Assembly (NCBI RefSeq): GCF_001457595.1
Contig: NZ_LN831039.1
Coordinates: 6,690,001-6,722,000, forward strand
Direction: 5' to 3'
Length of the DNA stretch: 32,000 nucleotides
Source of the DNA: Mycolicibacterium smegmatis
GTDB taxonomy: Bacteria > Actinomycetota > Actinomycetes > Mycobacteriales > Mycobacteriaceae
The notes beneath the pieces were generated by a model. That model was not told where the DNA came from, made no database searches, and was given only the letters and a program-made list of their open reading frames with translations. Made by a program: the position numbers and the translations under genes. Positions 26,269 through 32,000 of this stretch are shown here, one piece after another (the first letter of the stretch is position 1; each line of letters begins with the position of its first letter).

Positions 26269-27290
26269 GGCGCCTCCCCTCGGGTTCGGTCGACACACAA
26301 ATTCTTCACCCGCCGGCCGACTTCTGCCTTGATCGCCGCGCCGCCGCCCGACGCCGAGGCGGATCCGGAGATGTTGACGCCCTCGATCCCGTCGATGGAC
26401 AACAGGGCGCGGGCCTCCTCGACTGCCGCTTCGATGCCTGCCTCCACCGGATCGGCTGCACCCAGGACCCGCTGGGTGACCGCCGGGTCGAGTTCCAGGC
26501 CGGGAAGCCCTTGCAGCACAGCCGCAGACGCGGTGTCGGTGAACACCGCGACCGCGGCGATCACCGGGATCGTCAGCCCCGCCGCCCGCCCGGACTCCAT
26601 GAACCGGGCCACGATGTGCGGGTACGGAACGTGGTTGAGCACAGCGATGCCCGCACCGGCTTTCTGTTTCTCCACCAGGCGCCGCGGCCGGGCGTTCACG
26701 GGCGGCGCGGTCGGCGTCTCGGGGACCGCCGCCACCATGTCGAGTGAGGCGGCCAGTGCCACGAGGCGAGGGCCGTCGAGGTCGAAGGTCTGTGTGACGT
26801 CAGGGCGCACGTCGTAGCCGCGCCCGTCGCCGGTCACGCACATCACGGTGTCGGCGCCGATGCTCCGCAGGCCACGCAGTTCCTGTTCGAGCACAACGCG
26901 GTTGCGGTCACGGCACGACAGGGTGATCCACGGGGTGACGCCGGAGCCGGTCAGCGCGTCGAGCAGCAACCGTCCCATCAGCGTCGGCGGAAAATCGGGC
27001 TTGTTCTGGTGCTCGCCGACGAGCACGGCGTCACAGGACCCGGCCAGCACACCCGCCGTCCTCACGACGTCCTGCTCGTCGAACGGTGCGCAGCTGAAAT
27101 CGGTCAACACCAGGGGCGCTCGCACCGGGGGTCGCGTCGCCTCGGGGCCGCCCCATGGCACGAGGTCGTCGAACACGCAAGGGCCCGAACGCATCTCGCA
27201 CTGTCCGTCAGGTCGGACCCCACCGCACGGGCCGTAGGTCATCCGTTTCGGGCACACCGGCACCTGCGGGTCGGCCCCCGAGGGTGTCAC
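26265..27290 (-). CDS. Methylenetetrahydrofolate reductase-like protein with N-terminal MTHFR_C-type Cys domain
   Basis: 341 aa; N-terminal CPKRMTYGPCGGVRPDGQCEMRSGPCVF, followed by a MetF-like barrel (TLSCRDRNRVVLEQELRGLRSIGADTVMCVTGDGRG). Confidence 0.8.
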   Translation of the reverse strand: MTPSGADPQVPVCPKRMTYGPCGGVRPDGQCEMRSGPCVFDDLVPWGGPEATRPPVRAPLVLTDFSCAPFDEQDVVRTAGVLAGSCDAVLVGEHQNKPDFPPTLMGRLLLDALTGSGVTPWITLSCRDRNRVVLEQELRGLRSIGADTVMCVTGDGRGYDVRPDVTQTFDLDGPRLVALAASLDMVAAVPETPTAPPVNARPRRLVEKQKAGAGIAVLNHVPYPHIVARFMESGRAAGLTIPVIAAVAVFTDTASAAVLQGLPGLELDPAVTQRVLGAADPVEAGIEAAVEEARALLSIDGIEGVNISGSASASGGGAAIKAEVGRRVKNLCVDRTRGEAP

Positions 27291-27562
27291 GCGCTGTCGA
27301 GCTCCTCGTCGGTGAGCGCCTGGAAGCCCTTGGCCTGGGCACGCGCCAGCCCGGCCCGGATGACGCCCACGATCAGGCCGTGGATGGCCGCGGCGATGAT
27401 CGCCTCACGCGTCGACCTGGAGAGATCCTCGGGTTCCGGTGGCTCTTGGTCCGACCGGCTGACGCGCTGCCAGATCTCGCTGAACACCTTGCCGGCCAGC
27501 AAGCCACCGGCCACGCTGATCGCCATCGACAACGGCTTGTAGATCGCTTGGGACGTACTCAC
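27287..27562 (-). CDS. DUF4235-type small membrane protein
   Basis: 91 aa; MSTSQAIYKPLSMAISVAGGLLAGKVFSEIWQRV...AAAIHGLIVGVIRAGLARAQAKGF; 4-bp overlap with the downstream gene. Confidence 0.82.
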   Translation of the reverse strand: MSTSQAIYKPLSMAISVAGGLLAGKVFSEIWQRVSRSDQEPPEPEDLSRSTREAIIAAAIHGLIVGVIRAGLARAQAKGFQALTDEELDSA

Positions 27563-27616
27563 CCCCGCTGTGTTCCCGGTCGGGGGTCCTTCAAACCCTG
27601 AGGTGAGCGGACCGCG

Positions 27617-28075
27617 TCAGCCCCAGTACGCGAAATTGCACGTGGGTCGTGGTTCGCTCTTGAACGACACCAACATGTCGCCCTCCATGATGATGGTGCA
27701 GATGAGTGAGGTGTCCCCACCGTCGGCGGTCACCTCGGACTCCAGCTTCTCGTACACCGGGTACCGCTTCTCCCATGGCAGGAACACATTGGTCTCGGTC
27801 TGTTCCGGCCCGCCGTTGATGCGGTAGCTGATGGTGACCGGCCCGCTGCCTCCGGTGACGCTCATGACGGCCGATCCGACCGGTGCGGATTGATCGGGCA
27901 CCGGTGCTGTGGTGGTGGCGGACGCTCGCGTTTTCGGCGCGGTGGTCGACTCGGTGGCGGCGGCCGGGTCAGCGACGGGTGTGCCGGTCGCGATCTCGGT
28001 GCACCCGGTGGCCGCCATGACGATGACGGCGACGGTGCCCACGACCATGCCCACGGTGTTGCCCAGTGATCGCAT
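27617..28075 (-). CDS. MmpS-like lipoprotein
   Basis: 152 aa; lipobox VMAATGC; VTISYRINGGPEQTETNVFLPWEKRYPVYEKLESEVTADGGDTSLICTIIMEGDMLVSFKSEPRPTCNFAYWG resembles the mycobacterial MmpS C-terminal domain. Confidence 0.72.
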   Translation of the reverse strand: MRSLGNTVGMVVGTVAVIVMAATGCTEIATGTPVADPAAATESTTAPKTRASATTTAPVPDQSAPVGSAVMSVTGGSGPVTISYRINGGPEQTETNVFLPWEKRYPVYEKLESEVTADGGDTSLICTIIMEGDMLVSFKSEPRPTCNFAYWG

Positions 28076-28093
28076 GTCTCACCCTACGACGGG

Positions 28094-28606
28094 TTACGAC
28101 CTGGCCCGGACAGCAATCTCACGGGGACGCGATCCCCGTCGGTACAGCAGCCATCCGGCGCCGATCAGCGCGAGGCCGAAGATCAGAAAGCCGATGTCCC
28201 ACGACAGCGGGGCGCCCAGATCGTCGCGCACGTGGTGCACCCCGAGGATCTGGTGGTCGATCACGCCTTCGACGACGTTGAACACTCCCCACCCGAGCAG
28301 CAGCAGGCCGAAGTGGAACGACCACGTCGGCGCGAGGCGCCCTTGCCGCCACGACACGAGCGTCAGGATCGACCCTGCCCACACCAGAAGCCACGTGGCG
28401 ACGTGGAAGAAGCCGTCGGCGATGACGTTGAGTTCGAGTCCGGCCAGCGTGTCGGTGGGTTCGGCGCCGCTGATCATGTGGTGCCACTGCAGGATCTCGT
28501 GCAGCACGATGCCGTCGACGAAACCGCCCAGACCCAGTCCCAGGAGCAGACTCGGCAACACACTGGGCTTCTTGCCGGCCACCTTGTCCGCCACCTTGTC
28601 CGCCAC
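28094..28606 (-). CDS. DUF2243 family integral membrane protein
   Basis: 170 aa; GLGLGGFVDGIVLHEILQWHHM...FNVVEGVIDHQILGVHHVRDD: His-rich DUF2243 signatures. The start (GTG 28606) is uncertain. Confidence 0.85.
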   Translation of the reverse strand: MADKVADKVAGKKPSVLPSLLLGLGLGGFVDGIVLHEILQWHHMISGAEPTDTLAGLELNVIADGFFHVATWLLVWAGSILTLVSWRQGRLAPTWSFHFGLLLLGWGVFNVVEGVIDHQILGVHHVRDDLGAPLSWDIGFLIFGLALIGAGWLLYRRGSRPREIAVRARS

Positions 28607-28719
28607 GGCCCCGGCATACCCCGCGATGACCGACCGAAACCCGTCGTCCGTGCGGTTTCACCCGCAACACGCGGCGTCGGCCGTACAGACCGCACAGTCG
28701 GCGCGAACTGCGCCCCGAA

Positions 28720-28733
28720 TTGGTCTATACCAA
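28720..28733. promoter_or_regulatory. Operator-like palindrome TTGGTCTATACCAA upstream of the ABC importer
   Basis: Reverse complement TTGGTATAGACCAA contains TGGTATAGACCA, the type of site bound by HutC-subfamily GntR regulators (PhnF/DasR class). Lies 121 bp before the SBP start. Confidence 0.65.
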
Positions 28734-28853
28734 AGTTTCACCTTCTGTTATCGCCTCGCACACTCCGCGGACGCGGCGTCGTCGCGGTGTCCGGAGAAAG
28801 TCCTTCCATGGCGCCGCTTCATCAGGAAGCGCTGCGACATCAGGAGGAAATAG

Positions 28854-29993
28854 GTGCGTCAACAGAAATGGTCACGGTGGCTCATACCCGCCATGCTGAC
28901 CGCGATCTCGCTACCGCTCGCGGCATGCGGCGGGTCCGCCGGTAGCGCCGCGGTGGACGCCTCATCGCCGCCCGACATCAACGCCGCCAAGGAGCAGGCC
29001 GAGCAGTTCCGGACCGCGGGCATGCCCGACGACTGGATCAACTTCGGTGAGTTCTACCAGTCCGTCTGCGACACATACCAACTGGGCTGCAACGGATTCG
29101 CCGTGCAGGGCGTCAACCGCGTCGACACCGACATGAGCTCGGCCGAGGAGATCGCGGCGTTCAAGAACGAGACCACCAACGCCCCGATGTGTTCGGACAT
29201 CGGTATCGCGTTTGGCCAGGTCGCCGAGACCGAGGGCGTGCTGCTCAACTACACGCCCAAGGCCGCGGCCGATCTGCCCGCCGCCTACAAGGCACACGAC
29301 GGTGGCTGGGTCGCCACCGCTGTCGGCGTCATCTCCATCATGACCAACACCGACGTGGTTCCCAACCCGCCGCGATCGTTCGCGGACCTGCTCAAGCCGG
29401 AATACAAAGGCAAGGTCTCGATCTCGAACCCCGTCACCTCGGGAACCGGACAGGCTACGGTCTTCTCCACCGCGGCGGCGCTGTCGAAGAACAAGGGGCA
29501 GTTCGACCTCGACGCCGCCATGGACTACTGGGCCGAGTTCTACAAGCGCGGGCAGCGTAACGAGGCGGAGTTCTCCGCGGCATCATTCGAGCGCGGCGAG
29601 ACCCCGATCCGCCTTGCCTACGACTTCGTCAACATTCAGGCCGCAAATCTCGTGAAGGACAAGGGTATCCACACCGAGAACGTGATCCCGGCCGAAGGCG
29701 GGGTGTGGCAGCCGTCGGCGACCATGTGCAACAAGAAGACCGAGGATCCCGACCTGGCGAAACTCGTTCTCGACCACACCCTCTCGAAGGAGGGCCAGCT
29801 GACCTTCGCGAAGGTGGGAGCCCGCCCGGTGCTCTACACGCTGGGCAAGCTCGACGTGCCCGCCGAACTGAAGGCCAATTGGTTGCCCGAAAGCCAGTAC
29901 GTCAACGTCATCCAGTATCCCGACGATTCGTGGCCCGATCCCTCCGTGGTCGCCGACCGCTGGGAGAACGACGTCCTCACCGCGGGCGGATGA
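28854..29993 (+). CDS. ABC transporter substrate-binding lipoprotein (extracellular solute-binding family 1-like; AfuA/PotD/PhnS type)
   Basis: 379 aa; lipobox LPLAACGG, WVATAVGVISIMTNTDVV, NPPRSFADLLKPEYKGKVSISNPVTSGTGQ. GTG start with AGGAGG RBS. Confidence 0.9.
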   Translation: MRQQKWSRWLIPAMLTAISLPLAACGGSAGSAAVDASSPPDINAAKEQAEQFRTAGMPDDWINFGEFYQSVCDTYQLGCNGFAVQGVNRVDTDMSSAEEIAAFKNETTNAPMCSDIGIAFGQVAETEGVLLNYTPKAAADLPAAYKAHDGGWVATAVGVISIMTNTDVVPNPPRSFADLLKPEYKGKVSISNPVTSGTGQATVFSTAAALSKNKGQFDLDAAMDYWAEFYKRGQRNEAEFSAASFERGETPIRLAYDFVNIQAANLVKDKGIHTENVIPAEGGVWQPSATMCNKKTEDPDLAKLVLDHTLSKEGQLTFAKVGARPVLYTLGKLDVPAELKANWLPESQYVNVIQYPDDSWPDPSVVADRWENDVLTAGG

Positions 29994-30943
29994 CGACCGT
30001 CAGCCGCGCGGTGGCCGGCCCCGCCGATGACATCTCGGTGGGGCCCGGCCTGTCGTCCGCACCTGCCCGACGCCGCCGCGGCACGCTGCGCCGCATCGTC
30101 ACGCAATGGGGTCCGGCGGTACCCTTCCTGATCGCTGCCGGTGGAATCCTCGCCGCGGCCGCATTCTGGCTGATCCGTACGAGTTTCAGCGGTCCCGACG
30201 GTGGCTGGACCCTGCAAGCCTGGCAGGACATCTTCGCCCAGCAGATCACCCGTGCGGCCATGGTGCGCTCACTCGGGTTGTCGGCAGTCGTGGCGACGCT
30301 GTGCCTCGTGCTGGGATCGGTGCTGGCGTACCTGGTCTCCGGCCTCGCCCGCCGCGGCCGCACCGCGGCACAGGCGTTGCTCAATGTGGCCGCCAACTTC
30401 GGCGGTGCCTCCCTGGCTATCGCCATGGTGTCCACCCTGGGCGCAGTCGGATTCGTCCGCCTGCTGCTGCAGGACCGGTTCGGGTACGCGCTGGGGTTCG
30501 ACCTGTACTCGTTCTGGGGTGTGGTGGTCACCTACATGTACTTCATCCTGCCGCTCTACGTGCTCCTGGTGCTGCCGGCCATGTCGGTGCTGCGCGCCGA
30601 GTGGTGGGATGCCGTGCAGGCCGCGGGTGGGACGCGGTGGCACTACTGGCGTCACGTCGGACTGCCGGTGCTGTGCCCGTTCCTGCTCGCGGGCTGGGTC
30701 CTGACCTTCGCCTGGTCGCTCGGCCAGTTCTCGGTTCCCTATGCACTTCTCGGCGACACCTCGGCGACGTCGTTGATCACCACGCGACTCGGCAACTTCC
30801 TGTTCTCGGCCACCGGAGGGTCCAACCGCTTCGAACGCGCGGCAGCTCTCGCGGTCTTCCTGATGGTCATCTCGGCGCTGGCGCTCGTGCTCTATCGGCT
30901 GATCGCCAACCGGATGCTGGCCCGATTGGAGAACCTGCGATGA
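29990..30943 (+). CDS. ABC transporter permease
   Basis: ATG 29990 overlaps the SBP stop; multi-TM with EAA-like loop EWWDAVQAAGGTRWHYWRHVGLPVLCPFLL. Confidence 0.9.
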   Translation: MTTVSRAVAGPADDISVGPGLSSAPARRRRGTLRRIVTQWGPAVPFLIAAGGILAAAAFWLIRTSFSGPDGGWTLQAWQDIFAQQITRAAMVRSLGLSAVVATLCLVLGSVLAYLVSGLARRGRTAAQALLNVAANFGGASLAIAMVSTLGAVGFVRLLLQDRFGYALGFDLYSFWGVVVTYMYFILPLYVLLVLPAMSVLRAEWWDAVQAAGGTRWHYWRHVGLPVLCPFLLAGWVLTFAWSLGQFSVPYALLGDTSATSLITTRLGNFLFSATGGSNRFERAAALAVFLMVISALALVLYRLIANRMLARLENLR

Positions 30944-31764
30944 CCCGCATGTCCCGCTGGGCGCTCCTCGGCCTGTGGAGCGTGTTCCTCGTGCTTCCGG
31001 TGCTGGCGACCCTGCTCTACTCGCTGGCCACGGTGTGGCGCGGGCGAGCCTTCCCGGACGGATACACCCTCGCGTGGTGGGTTCAGGCCTTCAGCGAGCC
31101 GCGGGTGGTATCGGCCCTGATGCGGTCGGTATGGCTGGCCGTGCTCACCGTCGTCGTGGTCGCGGCCGTCGTACTACCCGCCCTGTACTGGGGCCACATC
31201 CGCAACGGACGGATCCGTACGGTGATGCAACTGTGCGCGCTCTTGCCGTTCGCGCTGCCGTTCGTGGTGCTGGCCTACGGCATCAAACGTCTCGCCGGGG
31301 CCAGTGAACTCACCCAGCCGTGGGAGTCCAGCCCCGTGCTCGTCGTCCTCGGCCACGTCGCGCTGTCCTTCCCGTTCTTCCTGTGGCCCGTGGACGGCGC
31401 CATGTCCGCGGCCGGTGTACGGCAGCTGTCCGAGGCTGCCGAGACCTCGGGCGCCACACCGTTGGCCACGTTGTTCCGGGTCGTCATCCCGAACATCCGC
31501 ACCGGCATCCTGACGGGCGCGATCCTGACGTTCGCCACATCGTTCGGTGAGTACTCCATCGCCCGTGTCATCACCGGAAGCTCGTTCGAGACGCTGCCGG
31601 TCTGGCAGGTCTCCGCGCTGCAGGACACCCGCGGCAACCCCAACGGCGTCGCGGTCATGGCGATCTTCACATTCCTGCTCATGTTCATCGTCTCGGTGCT
31701 CATCGCACGGACCGGCAAGGGACAACCCCTGCGGCTTCTGCCGGGCATCGGCAACACACGATAG
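30940..31764 (+). CDS. ABC transporter permease
   Basis: ATG 30940 overlaps the upstream stop; MTRMSRWALLGLWSVFLVLPVLATLLYSLATVW...EAAETSGATPLATLFRVVIPNIRTGILTGAI (EAA loop). Confidence 0.9.
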   Translation: MTRMSRWALLGLWSVFLVLPVLATLLYSLATVWRGRAFPDGYTLAWWVQAFSEPRVVSALMRSVWLAVLTVVVVAAVVLPALYWGHIRNGRIRTVMQLCALLPFALPFVVLAYGIKRLAGASELTQPWESSPVLVVLGHVALSFPFFLWPVDGAMSAAGVRQLSEAAETSGATPLATLFRVVIPNIRTGILTGAILTFATSFGEYSIARVITGSSFETLPVWQVSALQDTRGNPNGVAVMAIFTFLLMFIVSVLIARTGKGQPLRLLPGIGNTR

Positions 31765-31773
31765 GAGTATCTC

Positions 31774-32000
31774 GTGCCCAGCGCTGTTCAGATCGAGTCG
31801 GCCACAAAGGTTTACGGGTCCACCAAGGCCCTCGACAATGTCTCACTCCACATCGATCCCGGCCAGATGGTCGCCCTACTCGGGCCATCGGGTTGCGGAA
31901 AGACGTCGCTGCTGCGGGCCATCGCGGGGCTCAATCCCCTCGACCGCGGTGCGATCCGCATCGGTGAAAGCGACGTCACCATGGTGCCCGCCCGGCTGCG
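31774..32000 (+). CDS. ABC transporter ATP-binding protein, N-terminal part (continues past window)
   Basis: GTG at 31774: [59 protein letters not shown] (Walker A GPSGCGKT). Not in the ORF track because it runs off the end. Confidence 0.93.
   Translation, partial: MPSAVQIESATKVYGSTKALDNVSLHIDPGQMVALLGPSGCGKTSLLRAIAGLNPLDRGAIRIGESDVTMVPARL

Noticed and set aside
29705-29989. Upstream part of the 412-aa ORF as an N-terminal extension of the first permease
   Set aside because: It is an out-of-frame reading of the SBP gene; the ATG at 29990 overlapping the SBP stop is the natural start.
1-32000. CRISPR arrays, tRNA/rRNA genes, IS elements or prophage/toxin-antitoxin modules
   Set aside because: No regularly spaced repeats, transposase or integrase motifs, tRNA-like cloverleaf or phage genes were recognised by reading; a tRNAscan/ISfinder search would confirm.

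Overview
High-GC actinobacterial chromosome segment. Codon usage, protein flavour and an MmpS-like lipoprotein suggest a fast-growing mycobacterium such as Mycolicibacterium; this is inference. It holds about 36 protein-coding genes and no RNA genes, CRISPR arrays or recognisable insertion sequences. Main blocks: (1) left housekeeping-like genes: metallophosphoesterase, DsbA-like oxidoreductase coupled to a Zn-alcohol dehydrogenase, a Ski2-type DExH helicase, a NUDIX hydrolase and an exported GH5-like glycosidase. (2) A putative catabolic island at about 8.5-15.1 kb: LLM flavin oxidoreductase, cytochrome P450, two SDRs, SnoaL/NTF2-like protein, two VOC proteins, nitroreductase and TetR. Two divergent promoters there carry matching palindromes. 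(3) A biotin-independent malonate decarboxylase operon, mdcA-B-C-DE(fused)-G-H, at about 15.07-20.98 kb. It is translationally coupled to an upstream exported alpha/beta-hydrolase and divergent from an NCS1-family permease, and no canonical malonate carrier or MdcR regulator is visible. (4) Two methyltransferases, an SDR, an SDR C-terminal remnant, and an MTHFR-like protein with its Cys-rich 'YGPCGG' domain at the N-terminus. (5) An ABC importer (SBP, two permeases, ATPase cut by the window end) preceded by a palindrome TTGGTCTATACCAA that matches the HutC-subfamily GntR (PhnF-like) operator type. The strongest candidate for an undescribed system is the extended malonate or malonate-precursor utilisation locus, followed by the TetR-linked P450/LLM island and the phosphonate-like ABC importer.
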